From a virus (lineage: Duplodnaviria; Caudoviricetes): a stretch of 53,241 nt of DNA. The stretch is taken from positions 1-53,241 of the IMG/VR virus record IMGVR_UViG_3300007619_000003, one strand, 5' to 3'. Position numbers and translations under genes: made by a program. The notes under the pieces are model-generated. The model did no database searches. It saw only the letters and a list, made by a program, of their open reading frames with translations, and was not told the DNA's origin. Of the stretch, positions 26,536-34,524 are shown piece after piece; position 1 is the stretch's first letter; each line of letters opens with the position of its first letter.

Positions 26536-26744
26536 TCGCGGCGAGCCCGAAGCCACCCGGGGACGACCCGGATCTCCCGGCGCGGGTCACGCGTATCCGG
26601 ACGACGGACGGGGGCACGGCGATAGAGCCGCTCGCCGCCATCCCGGGGCAGCCCCGGACGGAGACGATAGCCGAACCCCCGGGGAACCGGCGGCAGCGGA
26701 GAGCGGCTGAGAGCAGGGCGCGGAAGCGCTCCCGCGGGCGCTGA
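26532..26744 (+). CDS. Hypothetical protein
   Basis: ATGA coupling; NRRQRRAA basic tail. Confidence 0.5.
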   Translation: MIAASPKPPGDDPDLPARVTRIRTTDGGTAIEPLAAIPGQPRTETIAEPPGNRRQRRAAESRARKRSRGR

Positions 26745-26755
26745 GTCGGGACGAC

Positions 26756-26784
26756 TTGCCGGCCGAGCCGGCCGGGTGTACGCT
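26756..26784 (+). promoter_or_regulatory. Promoter TTGCCG-N17-TACGCT for the modification/packaging operon
   Basis: Canonical spacing; 10 nt before ATG 26795. Confidence 0.5.
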
Positions 26785-26794
26785 CGTGGAATCA

Positions 26795-27112
26795 ATGCCG
26801 GGCGAGCCAGCAGGCGGGAGAACGCGGTCGGCGGAGGACGTCGAGGCCGACCGAGCGGAGCAGGCGGAGCTCGCCGCGCTCTGCGGCCAGCGTCTGAAGG
26901 CGGCCCGGAAGCACCGCGGTTGGACGCAGTACGACCTCGCGGAGAAGAGCGGCATCTTTCAGGGCCACATCTCCCACTTCGAGTGCGGCATCCGCGTCCC
27001 GCTCGTTCGGAACTTATTAAAGCTCGCCGATGCGCTGGGCCGCTCGACGGACTTTCTTCTCGGTCGCACGACCATCGAGCTCCCCGACCCACCGGCGAAG
27101 AAGTCGACCTGA
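26795..27112 (+). CDS. XRE-family HTH transcriptional regulator
   Basis: RLKAARKHRGWTQYDLAEKSGI...ISHFECG...LADALGRSTDFLLGR. Confidence 0.9.
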   Translation: MPGEPAGGRTRSAEDVEADRAEQAELAALCGQRLKAARKHRGWTQYDLAEKSGIFQGHISHFECGIRVPLVRNLLKLADALGRSTDFLLGRTTIELPDPPAKKST

Positions 27113-27759
27113 TGGCAGCGAAGAAGAAGCGCGCGGCAAAGAAGACCCGGGCCCGGCCGCAGGCCAAGGTGACGGGGAAGGTCGTCATGGCCCGGCTCGA
27201 CCGCGTCCGCCCGAACGACTGGAACCCGAACCGGATGACCGAGTTCCAGATGGAGTCGACCCGCGAGGGTATGCGGACCGGCGGCTGGCTCGCCGCGTAC
27301 GCGCTCCTGGTCTGGGGGAAGGACGAGAAGGGGAAGCGCCGCGACGTCATCATCGACGGCGAGCATCGCTGGCGGATCGCGAACGAGCTCGCGATGCCCG
27401 AAGGGCCGATGGTCTTTCTCGACGGGCTGACCGAGAGAGAAGCGAAGAAGCTGACCATCGCGCTCGACAACAAGCGGGGCGACTTCGACCGCGTCGCGCT
27501 CCGGGACCTGATCGGCGACATCGGCGTCGTCGACGGTCTCGGCTTCGAGCTCGGCTTCGACGAGGCGAGCTTCACGGCCCTGATGGACCCGGGGAACCCG
27601 CTCCCCCCGGGCGACTTCTCGTCCGTCGACATCAACGCGAAGACCACTTACTGCTGCCCGAAGTGCGGCTATGAGTGGAACGGCGCCCCTGCGGCGAAGA
27701 CCGCGAAGAAGACCGCGAAGAAGAAGACGAGCAGGCGAGCGGCATCGGCGGGAGCGTGA
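27112..27759 (+). CDS. ParB/Srx N-terminal-like domain protein with C-terminal zinc ribbon
   Basis: PNDWNPN, IIDGEHRW, CCPKCGYEW; Lys-rich termini; TGATG coupling. Confidence 0.85.
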   Translation: MAAKKKRAAKKTRARPQAKVTGKVVMARLDRVRPNDWNPNRMTEFQMESTREGMRTGGWLAAYALLVWGKDEKGKRRDVIIDGEHRWRIANELAMPEGPMVFLDGLTEREAKKLTIALDNKRGDFDRVALRDLIGDIGVVDGLGFELGFDEASFTALMDPGNPLPPGDFSSVDINAKTTYCCPKCGYEWNGAPAAKTAKKTAKKKTSRRAASAGA

Positions 27760-28892
27760 AGCCGCCGTTCCGGCTCCCGTCGATGGCCGAAGTCGCGGCG
27801 GCGCGCGGTACCGCCGGGCTGACCGTCGCCTCGACGTTCGCCGGCTGCGGCGGCTCCTGTCTCGGCTTCGAGATGGCCGGCTTCCGAACGGTCTGGGCGA
27901 ACGAGTTCGTCCCCGCGGCGCGCGAAGTCTACGCGGCGAACCACCCGGGCGTTCCGCTCGATGACCGCGACATCCGGAAGGTCCAGCCCGCCGACGTCCT
28001 GGGCGCCGTCGGGCTCGAGCGCGGCGAGCTCGACGTCCTGAACGGCTCCCCGCCCTGCGCGTCGTTCTCCATGAGCGGAAAGCGAGACGCCCACTGGGGG
28101 GAGGTCAAGAAGTATTCGGATAGGAAGCAGCGGACCGACGACCTGTTTTTCGAGTTCGTCCGTCTGCTCGACGGAATCCAGCCCCGGGCGTTCGTCGCGG
28201 AGAACGTAGCGGCGATCACGCAGGGGGTGGCGGTCGGATACTTCAAGGAGATCGTCCGCGCGCTCGAGGGCGCCGGCTACCGCGTCGCCTGCCGGATACT
28301 CGACGCTCAGTGGCTTGGGGTTCCTCAGACCCGGCGGCGAGCGATCATCCTCGGCGTCCGAAAGGATCTCGACCGAGAGCCCGACTTCCCGAAGCCACTC
28401 GGCTATCGGTACTCACTCCGCGACGTTCTCCCCGACCTGAAGCGCCGCGCCGCGATGGTCGGTCCCGGGCTCGTCCGCGACGGCTCCATCGTCGGGACGG
28501 CCATCGAGAAAGAGTGGCGGAAGCTTACCCCGTACCGGGGTAAGCTCCGAGAGTGGGCGCGGCTCCACCCGGGGCAGAAGTCGAGCAAGTACCTGAACCT
28601 GATCCGCGCGAGCCCGGACGAGCCCTCGCCGTGCATCACCGCCGCCGGCGGCGGGCGGGGCGTCGCGTCGGTCACGCACCCGTACGAGCCGCGGAAGTTT
28701 TCGATCGACGAGCTCCGCCGGGTCTGCGGCTTCCCCGCCGATTTCGTTCTGACGGGTACGTATCAGCAGCAGTGGGAGCGACTCGGCCGCGCAGTCCCGC
28801 CGCCGATGATGCGCGCCGTCGCGGCCGCGCTCCGGGACGGGCTCTTCACCGAGCTCGACCGGACGCGGCGGAAGTTCCGGGAGGCGAGCTGA
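27756..28892 (+). CDS. DNA cytosine-C5 methyltransferase homologue, predicted carboxymethyltransferase (motif X Asn-to-Arg)
   Basis: Motif I FAGCGG, IV GSPPCASFS, VI AENV, VIII PQTRRR, IX ELRRVCGFP, X LGRAVPP. Confidence 0.92.
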   Translation: MKPPFRLPSMAEVAAARGTAGLTVASTFAGCGGSCLGFEMAGFRTVWANEFVPAAREVYAANHPGVPLDDRDIRKVQPADVLGAVGLERGELDVLNGSPPCASFSMSGKRDAHWGEVKKYSDRKQRTDDLFFEFVRLLDGIQPRAFVAENVAAITQGVAVGYFKEIVRALEGAGYRVACRILDAQWLGVPQTRRRAIILGVRKDLDREPDFPKPLGYRYSLRDVLPDLKRRAAMVGPGLVRDGSIVGTAIEKEWRKLTPYRGKLREWARLHPGQKSSKYLNLIRASPDEPSPCITAAGGGRGVASVTHPYEPRKFSIDELRRVCGFPADFVLTGTYQQQWERLGRAVPPPMMRAVAAALRDGLFTELDRTRRKFREAS

Positions 28893-29596
28893 TGGCCGAC
28901 GAGAGTTCGATCGGGCATCTGCCCGACGGGAAGTGGGAGTTCGACATGAGCGTGACCCGGGTCTTCGACGACATGATCGCGCGGAGCATTCCGCAGTACG
29001 ACGCGCTTCGCGGTCTCGTCGCTTCGCTCGCCCGGCGCTTCGGCGCCGATGGCGGGACCGTCCTCGACCTCGGATGCTCGACGGGCCTCTCCATCGAAGC
29101 GCTCGCCGGGAAGGCTCGCCGCGTCGTCGGCGTCGAGATCAGCGAGTCGATGCTCGACGTCGTCCGCACGAAGTTCGTCAGCTACGGGAACGTGGAGATC
29201 GAAGCGCTCGACCTCCGCCACGACTTCCCGGAGATCGATGGCGTCGACGTCGCGCTCGCCGTCTTCACGCTACAGTTCGTCCCGGTCGAGTACCGCGCCG
29301 GGGTCGTCCGCCGGGTCTTCGACTCGCTGGCTCCCGGCGGGGCGTTCATCGTCGCGGAGAAAGTCCTCGGCGAAACGGCGACGACGCAGGCGGCGTTTGT
29401 CGACGTCTATCACGCGTTCAAGGAAGAGCAGGGCTACAGCCGGGAAGAAGTCGACCGGAAGGCGCTCTCGCTCGAAGGACGACTCGTCTCCCTGACCCCG
29501 GCCGGCAACGAGGGTCTACTCCGCGCCGCTGGCTTCTACCGCGCCGAGTGCTTCTGGCGCTGGGCGAACTTCACGGCCTGGCTGGCCATCAAGTAG
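28892..29596 (+). CDS. cmoA: CmoA-like carboxy-S-adenosyl-L-methionine synthase
   Basis: WEFDxxVxxVFDDMIxRSIPxY, DLGCSTG, FTLQF, LAPGGxxIxAEK, FKxxxGYS, AGF...NF all match the CmoA pattern. Confidence 0.85.
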   Translation: MADESSIGHLPDGKWEFDMSVTRVFDDMIARSIPQYDALRGLVASLARRFGADGGTVLDLGCSTGLSIEALAGKARRVVGVEISESMLDVVRTKFVSYGNVEIEALDLRHDFPEIDGVDVALAVFTLQFVPVEYRAGVVRRVFDSLAPGGAFIVAEKVLGETATTQAAFVDVYHAFKEEQGYSREEVDRKALSLEGRLVSLTPAGNEGLLRAAGFYRAECFWRWANFTAWLAIK

Positions 29597-29601
29597 GCGC
29601 C

Positions 29602-30201
29602 GTGGCGGGTCGACCGAAGCGGCGCTCGAAGAAGAAGCTCGAGGAGTCTGCGCGCGAGAAGCGGGCGCGGGAGACGCTCCAGGCGGAGCGGCTCGAGCAG
29701 GAGCAGATGATCCTGACGACGATGAGCCAGGGGCGCTGGGTCCCGGGGGTTACGCCCCTCCAGCTAGCGAAGCAGTGGGGCGTGACGCAGAACGTCGTCG
29801 TTCAGCTCTCGCGGAAAGCGAGCGCGACGCTCCGGTCGCTCTCGAAGATGACGCCCGAGTTCCGGGAAGAAGTCCTCGCCGAGTGTCTCCAGACCTTCCG
29901 GACGATCCGGGCGTTCGCCCTCTCGAAGGCCTCGGTCCCCGACGAGCGGAACCCGGCGCCGCTACTCGACGTCGCCCTGCGGGCCACGCGCGCCCTCGGG
30001 CAGTACACTGGGGTGGAGCCCGATGGCCGACGCGACGACGACGACAAGACGCACGACCCGTTCAGCGGCTGGAGCCGGCAAGAAATCGAAGACTACGTCT
30101 CGGGCCGGAAAGCCCGACGCGCGCTCCCGGAAGGCGTCGGCGAGTTCGAAACGATCGGCGAAGAAGTCGACGACGAGAGCGGCGAAGCCGCCGTCCACTG
30201 A
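29602..30201 (+). CDS. terS: Putative terminase small subunit
   Basis: HTH-like QLAKQWGVT, helical body; immediately upstream of terL. Confidence 0.6.
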   Translation: MAGRPKRRSKKKLEESAREKRARETLQAERLEQEQMILTTMSQGRWVPGVTPLQLAKQWGVTQNVVVQLSRKASATLRSLSKMTPEFREEVLAECLQTFRTIRAFALSKASVPDERNPAPLLDVALRATRALGQYTGVEPDGRRDDDDKTHDPFSGWSRQEIEDYVSGRKARRALPEGVGEFETIGEEVDDESGEAAVH

Positions 30202-31714
30202 CCTCCGGAGCCTGAGCGACGACGAGCTCCGGACGCGCGCGCTCGCGCGCCGGCGGCTCGACGAGATGGACGCCGAGTTCGATCTCCGGACGTTCATGAG
30301 CCTGTACTCCCCACGGCTCGGGGACCCGTACCATCTCGCCGAGCTCTGCGAAGCGCTCGACGAGTCGATGAAGCGCCCGGTCATCATCCTCGCGGAAGCG
30401 CCGCCCCGTCACTGGAAGACGGTGACGATTCTCCACCACATCGCGCGACGGCTGAAGTACCGCCCGACCGAGCAAAACGCGTACGGGACTTACTCCGGCG
30501 GGCTCGCGTTCCGGAAGTCCCGGCTCTGCCGCGAGTACGCGGGACGCGCCGGCGTCTTCGCTCGACCGGCGGAGCTCCACCTCGGCCCGGGCGAGAAGGC
30601 GAAGGACCCGGCGGCGACGGTCAGCTTCTGGCAGACGCCGCAGGGCGGCGGGCTCGTCGCCGGCGGCCGCCACGGCGCGTTCGTCGGCGAGGGCTTCGGG
30701 TTCATCTACATCGACGACCCGTTCAAAGACCGGCCGGAAGCGGAGTCGGAGAAGATTCAGGACGCGGTTTACGAGGGGATGTTCCAGGGGACGATGTTCA
30801 CCCGTCTCGAGCCGGGCGGTTCGATCTGCATCTCCCACCAGGCGTGGAACGACCGCGACCTGAACGCCCGGCTCCGCGAGTGGGCGGTCGAAGAAGGGCT
30901 CGGCGCCGAGGTCATCGACATCCGACTGCCCGCCGTCTCTCGCGCGACGTACGACCGGCGCGGGCGCCTGACCGGCGGCGTCCCGCTCCACCCGGGGCGC
31001 TACAACATCCGCGCGCTCCGGCGGATCCAGCAGGCGATCAGCGACTACAACTTCGAGAGCCAGTACCAGCAGAAGCGGGTCCCGCGCGGTAAGCGGATCT
31101 TCGTCGAGCCGCAGATGTACGACGAGCCGAACTTCGACGGCGCGATCGTCCTCGTCTCCTGCGACCCGGGCATCGTCAAAGACAAGAAGAAGGACCCGAG
31201 CGGGTTCGTCGTTACGTCGGGCTATCTCGACCGCGGCGGCTCGGTCTGCATGGACGTCCTGTTCGCCGAGGAGCGCCATGAGGAGATCCCCGAGACGGTC
31301 GACGCGCTCGAAGAACTCCACGAGGACTTCTTCCACTCGCCGATCCTGCTCGAGGAAGTCTCGGCGTTCAAAGCGGTCAGCCAGATCGCGCGACGGCTCG
31401 ACCAGGAGCGGACGAAGCGGGGCGAGCAGCCCGCGAACCTTCCCATCGAGAGCTGGCTCCCGGAGGGTTCGAAGTTCGTCCGCGCGCTCCCCTGCGCCGG
31501 CGGCGTCCGCTTCGGTCGCGTCCGGGTCCCGAAGACCGGCTTTTGGGTCCCGGCTTTCCGGAAGCAGATGCGGCGGTTTACCGGCCGAGAGGGCGGAAAG
31601 GACAACATGATCGACGCCCTGACCCAGGCGTACGACTGGTACGACAAGAATCTCGCGAGCGCCGGGCTCCGCTCCCGGACCGGCGGAGAGCGGGAGATGG
31701 CCTCAGGATTCTGA
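30023..31714 (+). CDS. terL: Terminase large subunit (start may be later, e.g. ATG 30266)
   Basis: Walker A PPRHWKT, Walker B IYIDDP, ESQYQQ, nuclease SCDPG...KDNMIDALTQA. Confidence 0.92.
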   Translation: MADATTTTRRTTRSAAGAGKKSKTTSRAGKPDARSRKASASSKRSAKKSTTRAAKPPSTDLRSLSDDELRTRALARRRLDEMDAEFDLRTFMSLYSPRLGDPYHLAELCEALDESMKRPVIILAEAPPRHWKTVTILHHIARRLKYRPTEQNAYGTYSGGLAFRKSRLCREYAGRAGVFARPAELHLGPGEKAKDPAATVSFWQTPQGGGLVAGGRHGAFVGEGFGFIYIDDPFKDRPEAESEKIQDAVYEGMFQGTMFTRLEPGGSICISHQAWNDRDLNARLREWAVEEGLGAEVIDIRLPAVSRATYDRRGRLTGGVPLHPGRYNIRALRRIQQAISDYNFESQYQQKRVPRGKRIFVEPQMYDEPNFDGAIVLVSCDPGIVKDKKKDPSGFVVTSGYLDRGGSVCMDVLFAEERHEEIPETVDALEELHEDFFHSPILLEEVSAFKAVSQIARRLDQERTKRGEQPANLPIESWLPEGSKFVRALPCAGGVRFGRVRVPKTGFWVPAFRKQMRRFTGREGGKDNMIDALTQAYDWYDKNLASAGLRSRTGGEREMASGF

Positions 31715-31720
31715 CCCGCG

Positions 31721-31749
31721 TGGACGCAGCCGGGGCGCGCCGGTATTAT
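31721..31749 (+). promoter_or_regulatory. Sigma70-like promoter TGGACG-N17-TATTAT
   Basis: Immediately after the terL stop; heads the small-ORF block. Confidence 0.5.
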
Positions 31750-31791
31750 TCCGCCCGCGGTATTCCCCGCCCCTCACCGGAAGGCCCCCCG

Positions 31792-32073
31792 ATGACTGAC
31801 CTCAACCTGCCCCGCTGGAACGGCTTCCGCCATACCCACGACGTTTTCTATCGGGGCAACCCGTTCCCCGTGATGGCTCGCGTAATCGAAGGCGCGGTCT
31901 TCTTCTATCGCGCGGACGGTCTCGTCGAGTGGGTGAGGCCCCCCGGTCGAGTCGGCTGGCTCTATCGCGGGCGGGAGGTCAGCGACGTCGGCTGCCGCGA
32001 GATCGAACCGAACGTCGGGAGCGAGCTGCGCGCACTGATGGCCAATTCGCTCCGGGCGACGGGGGACTCGTGA
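31792..32073 (+). CDS. Hypothetical protein
   Basis: GGAAGG RBS; 93 aa. Confidence 0.6.
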   Translation: MTDLNLPRWNGFRHTHDVFYRGNPFPVMARVIEGAVFFYRADGLVEWVRPPGRVGWLYRGREVSDVGCREIEPNVGSELRALMANSLRATGDS

Positions 32074-32435
32074 CGACCGAGCTCGGTGGGAAGATCGCGA
32101 GCGCCGCCTACTGCCACGGCTTCCAGGCGGGTATCGGGTGGCTGCTCGACCGCTCCCGCGCCGTCGACGATTCGGACAAGACGCTCTGGCTCTTCCTCGC
32201 CCGGAGGTCGATGGGCGACGCTGCCGGGTGGGGAGCGGCGTTCGCGCTCAAGCAATGGCGAGAGCAGCGGGAGGCGATGGAGGCGACCGCGCGGGCGGAA
32301 GCGAGCAAGCACGCGGTGGGCGCCGGCGAGCTCCCGAAGCTTCTCGAGCGCGCGGCGCAACCCGGTTCGGAGCTCGCGCGGCGCATCATCCGTACGGTCA
32401 AGGCGGCGCGCGCCGCGTGGGGGGCGTCGTCGTGA
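32070..32435 (+). CDS. Hypothetical protein
   Basis: GTGA coupling. Confidence 0.55.
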   Translation: MTTELGGKIASAAYCHGFQAGIGWLLDRSRAVDDSDKTLWLFLARRSMGDAAGWGAAFALKQWREQREAMEATARAEASKHAVGAGELPKLLERAAQPGSELARRIIRTVKAARAAWGASS

Positions 32436-32746
32436 AGGCGCGCGTCCGTCACTTGACCCTGACGAACCTCGGGCTCGCTCAGGTCCCGGCGCGACCGGGC
32501 GGCGCACTCCGAACAGTGCAGATGAATGACCACTATGCTATCGAGGTTTCCCTCGACTGCGACGCCGACTTCGCCGAAGCGTTCTACGCCTGGCTGGACG
32601 AGCGCGAGGTCATCGACGCGCCGTCGCCGGGCTCGAGCCCGTTCGCGCCGGGCGTCGAGAAGCTCGGCTGCGAGCACGACTGGTATCAGTATCCGCCGGG
32701 CCATCCCTTCATCGAAAGGTGCCGGAAGTGCGGGGCGAGTCGATGA
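32432..32746 (+). CDS. Hypothetical protein with CxHxW...CxxC motif
   Basis: CEHDW...RCRKCG; coupled. Confidence 0.55.
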   Translation: MKARVRHLTLTNLGLAQVPARPGGALRTVQMNDHYAIEVSLDCDADFAEAFYAWLDEREVIDAPSPGSSPFAPGVEKLGCEHDWYQYPPGHPFIERCRKCGASR

Positions 32747-32970
32747 GCCGTAACCTACTCGCGCCCGGCGACGTCGTTCGGAGCGTCCGCGGGGACTGGA
32801 CGCACGAGATACTTTTCACCATCAAGCGGGTCGAGTCGTGGGGCGTCAGGGCGGAGCGGAGCCTCGAGCGACCCGTCGGCGGCGCCTCGACCCGGACGCT
32901 GACCGTCGAACTCCGCTGGGGCTCGTTCGTCCCGCACGCCCCGGACCCGGATAAGGGCGGGCTCTCGTGA
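32743..32970 (+). CDS. Hypothetical small beta-barrel-like protein
   Basis: PGDVVR...VESWGV; coupled. Confidence 0.55.
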   Translation: MSRNLLAPGDVVRSVRGDWTHEILFTIKRVESWGVRAERSLERPVGGASTRTLTVELRWGSFVPHAPDPDKGGLS

Positions 32971-33506
32971 CCGACGCGCGCCGCCGTCTGCTAGCGCTCC
33001 TGCTTCACCGGGCGGGCGAGCTTCAGCTACTCAGGGACCCGGTCGCCCGCGCCGCGATCGGGCGGACCGGTCCCCGGATGCGCTGCGGCGCTCCCGGCTA
33101 CCCCGACCTGGTCTGCATCGGCTGGCCCGGGCATCAGCTCCCGCACTTCGCCCCGGGCGGCTGGACGTGGTTCGACCCGGACTCGTCTCAGCGCGAGAAG
33201 CCGAACGCGGCGGCGCTCCCGCACTGGGAAGCCGTTCTCCCGCCCGCGGTCGGTACCGATGGCTGGGCGCGCCCCTGGTGCTACCGGTGCAACAAGCCGG
33301 TCGCCGACGTCAAGCGGGTCCCGCTCCGCGACGGGCGGACGGCGATCACGGTTCTCTGCCACGGGCAGTGGCAGGCGGTCGTCGCGACGCGCGAGCAGGT
33401 CGGTCGCATCCAGGAGTGGAAGACGGCGTTCGGGCCCGGTCAGCCCGGGCTGCTTCAGCTCTCCGACGCGACGGCGACGAAGCGCCCGGAGCTCCCCGGT
33501 GGCTGA
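32967..33506 (+). CDS. Hypothetical Cys/His protein
   Basis: C..VCIGWPGHQLPH and CYRC...CHG motifs. Confidence 0.55.
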   Translation: MTDARRRLLALLLHRAGELQLLRDPVARAAIGRTGPRMRCGAPGYPDLVCIGWPGHQLPHFAPGGWTWFDPDSSQREKPNAAALPHWEAVLPPAVGTDGWARPWCYRCNKPVADVKRVPLRDGRTAITVLCHGQWQAVVATREQVGRIQEWKTAFGPGQPGLLQLSDATATKRPELPGG

Positions 33507-33759
33507 AGAGCGCCCACGTATTCCGCCGGCGCTGACGGACCTCCGGGAAGCACTAGAGGTGGTCGGTGGAACGCCGGTCCCGTTCACCGATCATGACGAC
33601 GCGGTCGAAACGATAGCGACAGCGAGTCGGCTCTTCGAGGCGCTCGACTCGATTCCGACATGGAGGCTACTTGCGATGAAGCGTGGAGAGATCGACGTCA
33701 GCGAGGAGTGGCGTCCGATCGTCGAAGCCGAGCTCGAACGGCGCGGAGCCTTCGGATGA
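33499..33759 (+). CDS. Hypothetical protein
   Basis: GTG start overlapping the upstream gene end. Confidence 0.45.
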   Translation: MAEERPRIPPALTDLREALEVVGGTPVPFTDHDDAVETIATASRLFEALDSIPTWRLLAMKRGEIDVSEEWRPIVEAELERRGAFG

Positions 33760-34409
33760 GCCGCGTCTGGACGCGCGACGACTTCCCGCCATCGCGCGTC
33801 CCGCGTCGTCGCTTCAGCGGACGCCCGCCGAACCGGTCGTGGCCGGAACTCATCGAGCTGTGGAAGACCGAAGCCGCCGAAGCGAAGAAGCTCCGCGGCT
33901 TCGACGCGGACGTCCGCCTGAAGCTGCTCGATGCCGGCATGCGCGCATGGATGGAGCGCGCTCACCAGAAGTGGCTCGAGCAGGGCGGCGGCGGGCTCGC
34001 GACGGTCGAGCAGGCGCGCGAGATCGTCGCCGCTGGCTACCCGCTTCACCCGCTCAGTCGTCCGGAGGTCGTGGCTTCCGCCGGGGCATCACTTGCGTCG
34101 CCCGCGAATCCCAGTCCGGGAGATGCTCCGTCTCGAGCTCGTCATCGGACCAGTCGCAGAGCGGCGGCGGACGGATCGTCGACTCTAGCGTCGCCTGCTG
34201 CTCCGGCGGACCATCGCGGAGAACGTCCCGGAGAGCTTCCCGGACCCGGGACTCAGACGTCTCTACTTCTGCCCGCTCGCGCTTCCGCCGCTTCTGGATC
34301 TGAATCCGCCGGAGCCGGGCGCGGTAAGCCTTCCGCAGGTCGGCGAAAGCCATCCTCCCCTGTTCGCGCGCGCGCCAAAGCTTCGCCCCGAACGCGATCG
34401 CGACGATGA
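33756..34409 (+). CDS. Hypothetical protein (C-terminal half overlaps an antisense gene)
   Basis: ATGA coupling; first ~100 aa protein-like, remainder low-complexity. Confidence 0.45.
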   Translation: MSRVWTRDDFPPSRVPRRRFSGRPPNRSWPELIELWKTEAAEAKKLRGFDADVRLKLLDAGMRAWMERAHQKWLEQGGGGLATVEQAREIVAAGYPLHPLSRPEVVASAGASLASPANPSPGDAPSRARHRTSRRAAADGSSTLASPAAPADHRGERPGELPGPGTQTSLLLPARASAASGSESAGAGRGKPSAGRRKPSSPVRARAKASPRTRSRR

Positions 34410-34470
34410 GGGCGACCACCAGGGCGAGGTAGAGCACCCCGGCGAGGACGTGGACGGCGACCGCGGACAT
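34054..34470 (-). CDS. Single-pass membrane protein
   Basis: Strong TM VLAGVLYLALVVALIVAIAFG followed by a basic stretch; TGcTAAGAT extended -10 lies 5 nt upstream of the ATG. Confidence 0.6.
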   Translation of the reverse strand: MSAVAVHVLAGVLYLALVVALIVAIAFGAKLWRAREQGRMAFADLRKAYRARLRRIQIQKRRKRERAEVETSESRVREALRDVLRDGPPEQQATLESTIRPPPLCDWSDDELETEHLPDWDSRATQVMPRRKPRPPDD

Positions 34471-34524
34471 CCCCGATCTTAGCATTCGTCGACGGTATCG
34501 GCCGGACGGTGTAACTTGTGAGCC

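Noticed and set aside
27112-27759. ParABS plasmid-prophage partition system
   Set aside because: No ParA, no ParB HTH or dimerisation domain, no parS array; the context is DNA modification and packaging
28892-29596. tRNA cmo5U modification as an auxiliary metabolic function
   Set aside because: No cmoB or tRNA genes are seen, and coupling to the Arg-substituted C5-MTase fits a DNA role better; not formally excluded
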